DNA of 64,000 nt from an uncultured Chloroflexia bacterium (GCA_963837315.1 CAWINE010000017.1:342549-406548); one strand, 5' to 3'; positions 9,093 to 19,021 are shown, numbered from the stretch's first letter. Notes: generated by a model from the letters alone, not told the origin. Program-made: numbers and translations.

Positions 9093-9917
9093 TTACTCGT
9101 GCCCATTGGTTGAGTTGGGCTGTGCGGCAGTGGGGTGGGGTAGGGGAATGGAGTGGGTGTCCAGGCAAGGCTCGGCGTCGGGAAGGCCGTAGTCCTGATT
9201 GGCGGCGAATTCGTACGCTGCCGCCTGGGTGCCGCGCTGCTCCTGGCCTTCCATATGCACCTGCGAGCGCTGCTCGCGGTTCTCCCACTGCTGGGGGCCT
9301 TGAGATCGCTCGGATGGAAGCTGGTAGGTGGCATTGTAGGTCACCGAACGATATGCGTAGACGCCACGCACGTCACCATTCTGATGAGCTCCGTTCGGCT
9401 GGGCAGGGCGCAGATGTATGCTGGGGCCGGAAGGGGCATTACGGAAGATGCCGGGCAGAGACGTGATCTCGGTGAACTGGTCGGCAGCCTCTATCAGCTC
9501 GTTTGACGTGCTGATGCCGAACGAAATAACCTCGCAGCGCACGCCTTTCATCTGCACCGCCTCTACCAGGCGCACGAAATCGCCGTCACCGCTCACGATC
9601 ACCACCACATCCAGGTTCGCGGAGAGGAGCATGATGTCCACTGCCATCTCGATATCGAGGTTGGCCTTGATACGTCCGCCTTCGTACTTGTGTATGTCTT
9701 TACAGACAACCTTATAACCGTTAGCGCGCAGGAAATCTATGAATTTGCGCTGGTTGGGATTATCGGGATCGACGCCTGTGTAAGCGCACGCCCTGATAAG
9801 ATCGCGCCCTGCTACCGACAGGTCGAGCAGGCGACAGTAATTAACTTCCACCCCGGCGGACTTCGCCGAGTAAAAGAGATTTGACACGTCTACAAAGACG
9901 CCTATGTTTTGTGACAT
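9093..9917 (-). CDS. NYN-domain (LabA/DUF88-like, PIN-fold) protein with low-complexity C-terminus
   Basis: IGVFVDVSNLFYSA...ANLDIEMAVDIMLLS..VVVIVSGDGDFVRLVEAVQMKGVRCEV. Confidence 0.8.
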   Translation of the reverse strand: MSQNIGVFVDVSNLFYSAKSAGVEVNYCRLLDLSVAGRDLIRACAYTGVDPDNPNQRKFIDFLRANGYKVVCKDIHKYEGGRIKANLDIEMAVDIMLLSANLDVVVIVSGDGDFVRLVEAVQMKGVRCEVISFGISTSNELIEAADQFTEITSLPGIFRNAPSGPSIHLRPAQPNGAHQNGDVRGVYAYRSVTYNATYQLPSERSQGPQQWENREQRSQVHMEGQEQRGTQAAAYEFAANQDYGLPDAEPCLDTHSIPLPHPTAAQPNSTNGHE

Positions 9918-10287
9918 TATATTTCCCCCGTTATCGTTCTACCCTTGCATACAGCTTACTGTTATGATTCCTCTTTATACCCGAATTATACCTTAAAACT
10001 GGCGACATCGCATCACCGTATCAGCATAAAACCCGAAAATAGGCAGAGCTTGAGCTTGCCTGCTTGAGCTTGCTTGCCTGAGGATTGGCGCGTACGCCGA
10101 CTAGGATTTGTCCGGTCCTCTGGGTGTCTAAAGGAACATGCCCAAATTCTGAGCGAAGGTTAGGCCTGACACGCTCAGCAGCCACGTTGCCCCCACCGCG
10201 TAAGGTCCCGCGTGTACAACCTAGCCAGTCCAGATAGTTGGCCTCCGAGAGCATAAAGCGTGGGTAATTCTGTTAGAATGGTGTTCC

Positions 10288-11178
10288 ATGATCAGGGTTC
10301 CTGACGAATTTGCCGTTACGACAATAGAGAGGGAAGGGGCCGCGGGACGCGAGTGGAATCGCTCGCTGCCACACCTGGTCGAGACTTCTATGCGACCGGT
10401 GGGACCTTGTCCTGGACGGGCCGGCAATGCATGGCTATCTCAGCCTGGTAGCCCCTGTGCGCCGGGGAGACGAATTGTGTGTGCTCAAAGTTTCCTGGAT
10501 CAGCGAGGCTGATACGGGACAGGCCGCCGCCCTCTCAGCCTGGGATGGGCGAGGCGCGGTTCGGCTGCTTAAGTCGGAGCCGTCCGATGGCGCGATGTTG
10601 TTAGAGCGACTGGATTTTAGCCGGTCGTTGAGCGACGTGCCAATCGGTGATGCTCTTACTATAGCCGGTCGCTTGCTCCGCCGCCTTGCGATAGATGCCC
10701 CGGACGGATTGCGTACTCTGCCTGCCTGGGCACCGATATTTCCTGTGGCCTGCCCGAGCGCTGGGAGCGATACGGTCGCCCGATGCCACGGCGTTGGCTC
10801 GACCATGCCCAGGAGCTGGCAATCCAGCTTGGAGGGGAGTGCGAAGCCAAGCTGCTGGTCAACTACGATCTTCATTATGGCAATGTGCTTGCGAGTTGGA
10901 GAGAGCCGTGGCTGGTTGTGGACCCGATGGTAGTGGTTGGCGATCTTGAGTTCGGTATCGCGCAACTCCTCTGGCGGCGGCTGGAAGATATCGAGGCTCA
11001 AGGCGGCCTGGACCGTTATTTCCGCGTTTTGACCGAGGCAGCCGCGCTGGAACCCGCTCTCGCCCGCGACTGGACGCTGGTGCGCTGCGTGGATTACTGG
11101 CTTTGGGGTCTGAGCGTCGGCCTCACTTATGACCCAGCCCGGTGCGAGCGAATCATCGAATGGCTTACTGCAGCTTGA
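10288..11178 (+). pseudogene. Aminoglycoside/streptomycin 6-phosphotransferase-like kinase, split over three frames
   Basis: ORFs 10288-10512, 10427-10933 and 10783-11178 together give an APH-type protein (AVRLLKSEPSDGAMLLERL..., LVNYDLHYGNVL, WLVVDPMVVVGDLEFG). Frame goes +1 near 10383, then -1 somewhere between ~10690 and 10790. Confidence 0.75.
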
Positions 11179-11193
11179 GGTGGCATGCCCGAG

Positions 11194-11381
11194 TGGATTA
11201 CGGTAACTCACCGCAGAGGCGCAGAGGGTACGCAGAGACGCAGAGTTACGCAGAGATTATTGTGGTTTGTGGATTACGGTACCTCATCACAGAGGCGCAG
11301 AGAATGTTATTGTTTCATTACTCTAAAAACTTAAATTACTCTCTGCGTAACTCTGCGTACTCTGCGCCTCTGCGGTGAGTT
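11194..11381. repeat. Large palindromic element built on CGCAGAG units, with partly duplicated left arm
   Basis: taactcaccgcagaggcgcagagggtacgcagagacgcagagttacgcagag ... ctctgcgtaactctgcgtactctgcgcctctgcggtgagtta. A second copy lies at 14546-14669. Confidence 0.9.
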
Positions 11382-11509
11382 ATGGTCGTACTGGTTTGCG
11401 ATGTGGGAATCACTGCAGATAAATATCTTGACAGAGCAGCTATCCTTCCGGTTATTATTTAGAAGTATTCTAAATAAATATCCACACGAAATAGATAGAG
11501 GTTCTAATT

Positions 11510-11990
11510 ATGGCCGGACATTTTCCTCTTACACTGACCGAAGACGACCTGATCGCCCATTTGCGCGATGCCGGGCTAAGGGTGACGCCGCAGCGGCTGG
11601 TGATTTACGAGACGCTGGTCAAGGACAAGCACCACCCGACGGCTCAGAACTCTTTTCGAGCGTCTCCAGAGCGTCCTTCCTTCGCTCAGCCAGGCGACTG
11701 TCTACAACACCCTTGAGACCATGGTGGAGATGGGCCTGGTGCGCGAGCTTGGCACCGCCGGCGATGGCACAGTGCGCTACGATGCCGATGTCAGTCCACA
11801 CGCTCACCTGGTATGCACAGGCTGCAATTCGATCGAGGACTTCGCGGCTGTGGAAGTGCCTGTTCCCCCCTTTTCCGTCTTTGAAGAGAGGGGTTACACG
11901 ATACGCTCCGTGGGAGTCTATTACTACGGACTTTGCCGGGATTGCTATAAGCAGCAAAAGTCCCATGAAGGAGGGCGCGCCGGTGAGTAA
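11510..11990 (+). pseudogene. Fur-family metalloregulator (Fur/PerR/Zur type) with one frameshift
   Basis: LRDAGLRVTPQRLVIYETLVKDKHHPTA, then after a frame change LFERLQSVLPSLSQATVYNTLETMVEMGLVREL...HAHLVCTGCNSIEDF. The shift is at the T4 run near 11650. With T3 the frame is continuous. Confidence 0.8.
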
Positions 11991-14622
11991 CTCTCCACTC
12001 AACGCCCCCCACGGAACTGCTGCCGGCATTGTCCAGGCTCCCGCTTCCGAGGCCAGGGATACGGCCTGTGTTGATTTGCTGCGCGAGGCCACGGACGACA
12101 AACCGGGTATCGTCAACGTCAACCTGGATACGCAGAACAAAGTAATGTCCTTCGGATATATGCCTGAGCTTGTTGCTCAGCCCGACCTGGACAAAATCGC
12201 TCAGGAGCTTGCGCCGACCCTTCACCAGAGGATGGAGACCTGCACCCTACGCGTGGGGCACGTGGGTGGGCGCGCCTGCAAATCTTGCGCGCTCGGCCTT
12301 GAGAGGCGTATGAGCCGCGTTCCGGGCGTGCGGCACGCCTCCGCCAGCTATCTGGGAGGCGTACTGAGCGTCACATACGACGGCGCGCTCCTTTCACCCG
12401 GCGCAATTGCCGATCGAGTAAAAGAATACGGAGTGCCTCTGTTACCGGCGTCAGTTGACGAAGAGGATGCCGCACAGCCGCGCACGCTGCGGGCGCGCCT
12501 GCAAAGCCGGCTCACGACCGACAACCTGGCCGTAGTGCTCACAGTGATTACTCTCGTGTCGATGCTGTTGGCGTTAGGCATCGAAAAGATCGTGGGTGCC
12601 TCGGGCGAGGATGTAGCCACAGGCCTGTACGCGGTGGCTTATGTAGCGGGCGGCAGCTTCGCGCTGAGGAAAGGCGTCGAGGCGTTGTTGCACGGCGTCA
12701 TCGATATTGACTTGCTGATGGTGCTGGCGGCGCTGGGCGCGGCCTTTGTAGGGTCCTTTCTTGAGGGGGCAGTGCTGCTCTTCCTCTTCTCGTTCTCCAA
12801 CGTTTTGCAGGCTTACGCCATCGACAGGACGCGCAATGCCATCAGGGCGCTGATGAAACTGCGGCCCAAGCAGGCGTCGGTGCGACGCGGCGATACCACT
12901 GTTGTGTTGCCTATCGAGCGCGTGATGGTGGGCGACTGCATCGTCGTGAAGCCGGGGGACCGCGTGGCGCTGGACGGCATGGTGTCGGCAGGCGAGAGCA
13001 CCGTCGACCAATCCTCCATCACAGGCGAGTCGATGCCCGTGAGCAAGTGCCTGGGCGACACAGTATTCGCGGGCACCATCAACAAGAACGGCAGCCTCGA
13101 CGTAACGGTGAGCAAGCTGGCGAAGGACTCGACGTTAGCGCAGCTCATCAAAATGGTGGAGGAGGCACAGAGCGAGAAAGCCCAGACCCAGCGCTTCATA
13201 GACCGGTTCGAGCAGTTTTACGCGGTGGCTGTGATCCTGATAACCGCGCTGGCGATTGTGGTGCCGATATTCATCTTTGCCGAGGTATTCCATTCGGCCT
13301 TCTATCGCGCCATGACGATCATGGTGGCAATGTCTCCCTGCGCGCTTGTGATCAGCACGCCCGCCTCGATCCTATCAGGAATCGCCAACGGAGCGCGCCG
13401 TGGCGTGCTGTTCAAGGGAGGCGTCCACCTGGAACAGGCTGCCCTCATCAAAGTAGTTGCGTTCGACAAGACCGGCACCCTGACTGAGGGCAAGCCGAAG
13501 GTGACCGATGTGGTGGTGCTGGCGGCGGACGAAGGACGAAAGACGAAGGACGAAGGACGAACCACGGCCGACGAAAGCGAGATACCTTCGTCCTTCGTCC
13601 TTCGTCCTTCGTCGGTCGACCGCCCTTCGCCCATCCTCACAGCGAGCGACCTTCTTGCCCTGGCTGCCGCTGTGCAGAGTAAATCCGAGCACGCTCTGGC
13701 GCGGGCCACCTTGGCGGCGGCGGCTGAGCATGATACGCAGGTGTCTGAGGCATTCGCCTTCCAGGCGACTACGGGCAAGGGCGTTCGCGGCCTTGTGGAT
13801 GGTCGGGATATCAGGATAGGTAACCTGCGATATTACGAAGGGTTCAAGTGCATAGGAAGGGAAGAGGCCGAGTGCGAGGTGCTGCGGCTGGAGCACGAGG
13901 GCAAGACCAGCGTGATTGTGGGCGAACTGGGCGACGACGGCGAGACCGCCACCATGCTCGGCGTAATTGCGTTCGCAGACCTGTTGCGGCCCGAGGTGGC
14001 AAGCATCGTGCGCGCCATCAAGGCGGCGGGAGTTGAGCACGTAGTGATGCTAACAGGCGACAACCGCCACGCAGCCGAAGCCATCGCACGGCAGGCAGGA
14101 TTGGACGATTTCTACGCCGAGCTGCTGCCTGAGGACAAGGTGAGGGTAGTCAGAGAGATCGGTGAAAAGTATGGCCCCGTGGCGATGGTGGGTGACGGTG
14201 TGAACGATGCGCCCGCCCTGGCGACCGCCCGCCTGGGCATCGCGATGGGCGCGGCGGGCACCGACGTAGCTCTCGAGACAGCCGATGTGGTGCTAATGGG
14301 TGACGACTTGCGCCAGATCCCGTACCTGATCGCCCTCAGCAAGCAGACCCGTCGCACCCTCGTGACCAACATCGGCTTTGCGATGTTCATGATCTTCCTG
14401 ATGCTGTTGGGGATATTCGCGATACAGCTGCCCCTACCTGCGGCCGTAGTGGGCCACGAAGGGGGCACAGTGCTGGTGTCTCTCAACGGCCTGCGCCTTC
14501 TTGGGTATAAATACCGCCCATCAGAAAGCAATTACTGGGACGACCGTAACTCACCGCAGAGGCGCAGAGGACGCAGAGTTACGCAGAGATTTCTTTGGTT
14601 TTGTTACTCCTGCAAACATTAA
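11965..14622 (+). CDS. P1B-type heavy-metal translocating ATPase, SPC / HEGGT signature (P1B-4-like)
   Basis: DKTGTLT, TGES, GDGVNDAP, TM motif AMSPCALV, HEGGTVLVSLNG, and an N-terminal HMA-like CKSC. Start chosen at ATG 11965, because the ORF-track start at 11401 overlaps the fur gene. The last ~20 aa and the stop lie in the CGCAGAG element. Confidence 0.9.
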   Translation: MKEGAPVSNSPLNAPHGTAAGIVQAPASEARDTACVDLLREATDDKPGIVNVNLDTQNKVMSFGYMPELVAQPDLDKIAQELAPTLHQRMETCTLRVGHVGGRACKSCALGLERRMSRVPGVRHASASYLGGVLSVTYDGALLSPGAIADRVKEYGVPLLPASVDEEDAAQPRTLRARLQSRLTTDNLAVVLTVITLVSMLLALGIEKIVGASGEDVATGLYAVAYVAGGSFALRKGVEALLHGVIDIDLLMVLAALGAAFVGSFLEGAVLLFLFSFSNVLQAYAIDRTRNAIRALMKLRPKQASVRRGDTTVVLPIERVMVGDCIVVKPGDRVALDGMVSAGESTVDQSSITGESMPVSKCLGDTVFAGTINKNGSLDVTVSKLAKDSTLAQLIKMVEEAQSEKAQTQRFIDRFEQFYAVAVILITALAIVVPIFIFAEVFHSAFYRAMTIMVAMSPCALVISTPASILSGIANGARRGVLFKGGVHLEQAALIKVVAFDKTGTLTEGKPKVTDVVVLAADEGRKTKDEGRTTADESEIPSSFVLRPSSVDRPSPILTASDLLALAAAVQSKSEHALARATLAAAAEHDTQVSEAFAFQATTGKGVRGLVDGRDIRIGNLRYYEGFKCIGREEAECEVLRLEHEGKTSVIVGELGDDGETATMLGVIAFADLLRPEVASIVRAIKAAGVEHVVMLTGDNRHAAEAIARQAGLDDFYAELLPEDKVRVVREIGEKYGPVAMVGDGVNDAPALATARLGIAMGAAGTDVALETADVVLMGDDLRQIPYLIALSKQTRRTLVTNIGFAMFMIFLMLLGIFAIQLPLPAAVVGHEGGTVLVSLNGLRLLGYKYRPSESNYWDDRNSPQRRRGRRVTQRFLWFCYSCKH
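13528..13613. repeat. GACGAAG-heptamer hairpin element inserted in frame inside the ATPase coding sequence
   Basis: Left arm is gacgaag x5 (13528-13562). Right arm is cttcgtc x4 (13586-13613). It translates as DEGRKTKDEGRTTADESEIPSSFVLRPSSV, between the KPKVTDVVVL and SDLLALAAAVQSKSEH blocks of the nucleotide-binding domain. Confidence 0.85.
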
Positions 14623-14669
14623 ATAATCTCTGCGAAACTCTGCGTACTCTGTGCCTCTGCGGTGAGTTA
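14546..14669. repeat. Second copy of the CGCAGAG palindromic element
   Basis: gtaactcaccgcagaggcgcagaggacgcagagttacgcagag ... ctctgcgaaactctgcgtactctgtgcctctgcggtgagtta. It contains the ATPase stop codon. Confidence 0.9.
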
Positions 14670-14689
14670 AACGTAATCACCGTAAGCTA

Positions 14690-15916
14690 TTACTCTGGAA
14701 GTAACGCCTGGATAACATGTCCCAGGCGCTTTATCGCTTCTTCTATCTCCACCACGCTCAAAAGGCTGTAGCTGAGGCGGATGTAGGTGCCTGGCAGGGC
14801 GGGAGGCTGCGCGAAGCATGACTCGCCGGGGAGGTATTCGACGCCTTCTTCGCGGGCCAGCGCGGCCAGCTTGTGAGGGTCGACGGTAGGTGGGAGCTTA
14901 ACCCAGACGAAGAAGCCGCCTGACGGGCGGGTCCATTCGACACCGGGCGGGAAATATCGGTCGAGGGCCGCCAGTGCGGCATCACGCTTGGCGCGGTAGG
15001 CGTCGACCAGAGTAGCGATGTGCCGCGTGAGCACGCCGTCACGAGCATATTCGACTGCGACATACTGGGAGAATGGCACCGTGCCTCCTTCTTCTTTGAG
15101 AAGGAGCATTTTCCGGATAATATCGGGTTGCGCGATGGCCCAACCTAGGCGCATACCGGGTGTCAGTATCTTCGAGAAGGTGCTCGTGCGTATCACGCGG
15201 TTTTCACGGTCAAGAGCGTAGAGTGAAGTGGGCAAGGGGCCGTTGTCTGCGTCGTAATAAAGCTCGCGGTATGGATCGTCCTCGATTATGACGAGGTTGT
15301 AGCGGCGAGCCAGGGCTAAGAGAGCCACGCGCGAGGCTTCGGGTATGGTCAGCCCGCTGGGGTTCTGGAAAGTAGGGATTGTATAAAGGATTTTGGGCCG
15401 GACGCCGCGCAAGTGCAGCGAATCGAGCAGGGTTTCGGTAGCGGCAACGTCTATCCCCTCGCGGCCCATAGGCAGGTTGACCAGGTCGCCCCCCGCCCGC
15501 TTCAAGACGCTGAGCGCGCCTGGAAACGATGGTGCTTCAACCAGCACCACGTCGCCTTCGTCGATCAACGAGCGTGTGGCAAGTCCGATGGCAGCCGACG
15601 CGCCGTTGGTGATTACGATATTCTCCGGCGTAACGTGGATGCCTTCCTCACGCTCCAGCTTTTCAGCCACCAGCGCCAGCAATTCAGGCTGGCCCCGCAC
15701 CAGGCCATATTGGAGCGCGACGGCGGCCCTTGCAGGGTCGGAAAGGACGCGGGAAGCCGCCGCCGCGATCTCCTGCGCAGGGAAGAGAGCCGGGTCGGGG
15801 TTGCCGTACGCCATCGAGAAAGGTGCGCGCACCCCGCCAACGAACCACGCTTCGCCCCCGTCCGCGACATGCCGCGACCATTCGGGTGTGAAGAGGTTTT
15901 CGTACGTGATGTTCAT
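14690..15916 (-). CDS. PLP-dependent aminotransferase, class I/II
   Basis: 408 aa with TFSKILTPGMRLGW (PLP lysine), TNGASAAI and IIEDDPYREL. Confidence 0.85.
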   Translation of the reverse strand: MNITYENLFTPEWSRHVADGGEAWFVGGVRAPFSMAYGNPDPALFPAQEIAAAASRVLSDPARAAVALQYGLVRGQPELLALVAEKLEREEGIHVTPENIVITNGASAAIGLATRSLIDEGDVVLVEAPSFPGALSVLKRAGGDLVNLPMGREGIDVAATETLLDSLHLRGVRPKILYTIPTFQNPSGLTIPEASRVALLALARRYNLVIIEDDPYRELYYDADNGPLPTSLYALDRENRVIRTSTFSKILTPGMRLGWAIAQPDIIRKMLLLKEEGGTVPFSQYVAVEYARDGVLTRHIATLVDAYRAKRDAALAALDRYFPPGVEWTRPSGGFFVWVKLPPTVDPHKLAALAREEGVEYLPGESCFAQPPALPGTYIRLSYSLLSVVEIEEAIKRLGHVIQALLPE

Positions 15917-16038
15917 GTTGGGCTTATTGCTCAGTCAATTGTCCACCGCAAGCATAGGACAAGGAGCCCGCGCAGACAGACTTTGCACATGACGCGCGGA
16001 TTACTCCGCTGTGCGCTGCTGATCCCTGACCCCGATCC

Positions 16039-16951
16039 CTAAATCGGGGTGAGCGGATTGGCCGAAAAGGCGATCTCCTGCAACGCCTCCTGGGCTGCTT
16101 CCTTCATGGCGGGGTCGTTGCCCTGGATAACCTCGTTGAGAGCTTCGGCTGCAGGTTTGCCGCCTATCTGGCCGAGCGCCCATATGGTTGCCAGGCGCAC
16201 TTCGGTGTCGTCGTCGTTTATCAGGTGGGCTAGCTGTGGCAAGGCATCTTCGAGGGTCATCTCGCCCGCGGCATGAGCAGCCTCGTAGCGCATAGCCGGG
16301 CGCTCGCTTCGTAGCTCGTGGAGCACGATAGGCGACCACTGGTTGTCCATACTGCGGCCCATCGCCAGCACGGCGCTTTCGGCGTTACGCCCACTCTGCC
16401 GGTATTGGTCCGCGATAAGCTGCTTCACCTCGTCGTCGCCGTGCAGGTAGCCAAGGCTCTCCACGGCGCGGCGACGCACGTCGCTTTCCTCTGCTCTGTC
16501 GTTGGCGCTCTCCATGAGGGCGTCGCGGAGCCTGCCGGCCTGCCCGTTCAGCTTATTGCATTCCGCCAGGTAGGTAAAGCGGCCCAGGGAGGTAGCGGCG
16601 GCCTCGCGCACGTACTGGTCCGGAGTCGTTGCGGAGTATATTGACCAGCCTGCCCATCAGCAAGCTACTGGTGTCTTCGACAAGGCCCTCGATAGCCGAG
16701 CGGCGCACGTCCGCGTTGCTATCTTCCAGGGCAATGAGGAAGACATGGCGGAAATCGAAGTCGATGTTGTCCTCGATGATATCAACGAGGGCATCCACGA
16801 TGCGGATGCGGCGGTCGAGCGGCAAGCCCGGCCAGACTTCTCGAAGGATAGCGCGGTCCTCGCTACCAGGATCCGAAAGGAACTTGAGCGCCTTGACGCC
16901 AGGAGTACCGCCCTGTTTGAGGTCCTGCAGGTTCTCTCTGAAAGTTGCCAT
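16039..16951 (-). pseudogene. HEAT-repeat protein, one frameshift
   Basis: ORFs 16553-17017 and 16039-16611 join as ...LVNILRNDS/DQYVREAAATSLGRF..., with D..VR..A...LG HEAT motifs throughout. The shift is near 16633. Start ATG 16951 (MATFRENL) or 17017. Confidence 0.7.
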
Positions 16952-17126
16952 GCTGGTTGTTTCTCTTCTTCTATCTTTTATGATTTGCTTCTTTGGGTTT
17001 TGCTGTGTGAATGTCATATTTAATTATGCCAAACCTGTCAAGGGGAACGCATCGGGCAAAGGTCTGAACCAAAGTCGAGAACATGCCGGGGAAGGGTTTC
17101 CCACTTGTCTCTCGACTTTGCATCAG

Positions 17127-17186
17127 CGCCCAATAAAAGAGCGAAGGTAGGGCCCGCGGGCCCTACCTTCGCTCTTTTATTGGGCG
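17127..17186. terminator. 60-nt perfect palindrome after the 609-aa gene
   Basis: cgcccaataaaagagcgaaggtagggcc-cgcg-ggccctaccttcgctcttttattgggcg. Confidence 0.75.
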
Positions 17187-17191
17187 AAAAA

Positions 17192-19021
17192 CTATGACGG
17201 GCGTTTGGAGGCATCGTAAAAGTACGCGCCCTCGGTGGTCTCGTCGGGGTAGAAGAAAGGATAAGCGCCGGAGACGAGCGTGCGAAGCCAACTCCGAGAG
17301 ATCGGGCGCTCGATGTTCACGATCGGGTAGATGTCGTCGAAGATTGCCCAGAGCTTGCCGTCGTTGTTTTCGCCGATGGCCTCGAAGGCGTTAGTGATGA
17401 TGACGTCGGGGCGGCGGCGCTCGGAGTCCTCCAGCTTCTTCTGGTTGTGCAGCTTACCGAACTTCTCCTGCGTGAGGAGCATTGCAGGGTCGGTTGCGAC
17501 CGCGAACGAGACAGGACGGAACACGTAGCGGCCCTTCCTATCGTCAAGCTGCAGCAGGTTGTCTTCTTTCTCTTCTGCACGGGTGAAGTGTATCTCGAAG
17601 ACATCCTCACCGCGGTCGGTAGGGGTGATAGTGAACCTCGCGCCGGGCACCAGGTGGTCGGTGAAAAGCTCGCCCATGCCCATGAGGAAGCCGCCTCTGT
17701 TGCCTGTGGGGTAGCGCAGCTCGGCCAGCAGAGAGCCATATAGCTGCGGTATCTCGAAGCGGATTAGAGACGAGCGCTGGTCCTCGAACACCGCGCCTGG
17801 GAAGACACGCTTGAACCGGCGGTCGTAGGGGAGCACGCCGTTCTCGTATTCGTAATAGGTGAGGGAGTAGTCGATGGGGCCGCCGCTGTAGTCGCGGGCT
17901 GCTTCTTCTTCGTCCTCGGCCCAGGAGGTTGCGGGGTCTTCGAGGAATCGGTAGTCCTGTCCGATTTCCGCAGGCTTGCGTGCGGGCGGCAGCACAGGCG
18001 ACGTCCCGGCATTGATCCAGAGCCGGTCGGTGTCTATGCCTACAAACTCGAAGTCTTTCTTCTCCTTGAGCATACGGTAATTGAGAGAGAAGCGAAGCCG
18101 CTCGTAATCGGGGTGGTCCATTCGACGGCCTAGCACGTAGTCCATGATGTCGCGGTCGGAGGCCACGCCGCCTGTCTCAGGCTCTTCGAGGTATTCTTTG
18201 ATGCGACGATAGTCGCCCTTGCTGAAGCGCTCGGTGGCTTCTTCAGGGAATATATCGGAGCCGAAGCGGATCAAGCGGGTGTCGTTGGCCGCCACTGCAT
18301 CGCTTATCAATGCTTCGAGGGCAGCAGCCGCCTCTTCGTTGGCCAGTATATCATCCAGCGGCTCGACCAGGTTGACGGTCACCGGCCCGTTATCGGAAGG
18401 AATGCTCACCTCTATAGGGCCTGTAATGACGGGCTGGGGTGGCGCGACAGGTGCAACCGGCCGCGGGGGCGCGGTTGGAGTAGCCACAGGCGGTTTCTGG
18501 GTGGTGACAGGCGCCTGAGCGGCTGCTTCTACGGGTGGCGGGGGTGTGGCGGCCTGTGCCTGTGTAGCAGCAGCTCCCTCGGCTGGAGCGACAGGCGTAG
18601 GGCGGGCCTGGGCAGGCTGTTGCGGCTGCGCCTGGGGAGCCGTCTCGGCAGACCTGCGCGGCGGGACTTCTTCGGCGGGCCTGGTTGTGGGCCTTACAGC
18701 CGGGGTCGTTGGTGTGGCTACCGCCGTGGGCTGGGCCTGAGGCGGTGCGGTCACTGCGGGCTGAACATGTGTGGTCGGGGCTGCCGGCGCTGCAGGTGTA
18801 GCTGTGGCGGCGTGCGCTGCCGGTGCTACCGGAGCGCTGGGAGCTGCCGTCGCCTCCTGAGGGCGTGCGGCCGGAGTAACGGGAGCGGGTGGGGCCTGGA
18901 CTTCCTCGGGCTCGCGTTCTTTAACCAGATGAGCTTGGGGGATGAGAGTAGGGATCTCGTTGCTTCGGGTGTATGGAGTGCTGACAGGCGCGGGATAGAC
19001 CGGGCGAATGGGGGACAGCAC
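17192..19021 (-). CDS. Hypothetical 609-aa protein: ~200-aa Pro/Ala/Thr-rich N-terminus plus uncharacterised globular C-terminal region
   Basis: Long ORF with no family recognised. Last gene of a three-gene minus-strand operon. Confidence 0.7.
   Translation of the reverse strand: MLSPIRPVYPAPVSTPYTRSNEIPTLIPQAHLVKEREPEEVQAPPAPVTPAARPQEATAAPSAPVAPAAHAATATPAAPAAPTTHVQPAVTAPPQAQPTAVATPTTPAVRPTTRPAEEVPPRRSAETAPQAQPQQPAQARPTPVAPAEGAAATQAQAATPPPPVEAAAQAPVTTQKPPVATPTAPPRPVAPVAPPQPVITGPIEVSIPSDNGPVTVNLVEPLDDILANEEAAAALEALISDAVAANDTRLIRFGSDIFPEEATERFSKGDYRRIKEYLEEPETGGVASDRDIMDYVLGRRMDHPDYERLRFSLNYRMLKEKKDFEFVGIDTDRLWINAGTSPVLPPARKPAEIGQDYRFLEDPATSWAEDEEEAARDYSGGPIDYSLTYYEYENGVLPYDRRFKRVFPGAVFEDQRSSLIRFEIPQLYGSLLAELRYPTGNRGGFLMGMGELFTDHLVPGARFTITPTDRGEDVFEIHFTRAEEKEDNLLQLDDRKGRYVFRPVSFAVATDPAMLLTQEKFGKLHNQKKLEDSERRRPDVIITNAFEAIGENNDGKLWAIFDDIYPIVNIERPISRSWLRTLVSGAYPFFYPDETTEGAYFYDASKRPS

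Noticed and set aside
11401-11964. N-terminal 188 aa of the ORF-track ATPase ORF
   Set aside because: This stretch overlaps the Fur-family gene in another frame and contains no ATPase-like sequence. The start was moved to ATG 11965.
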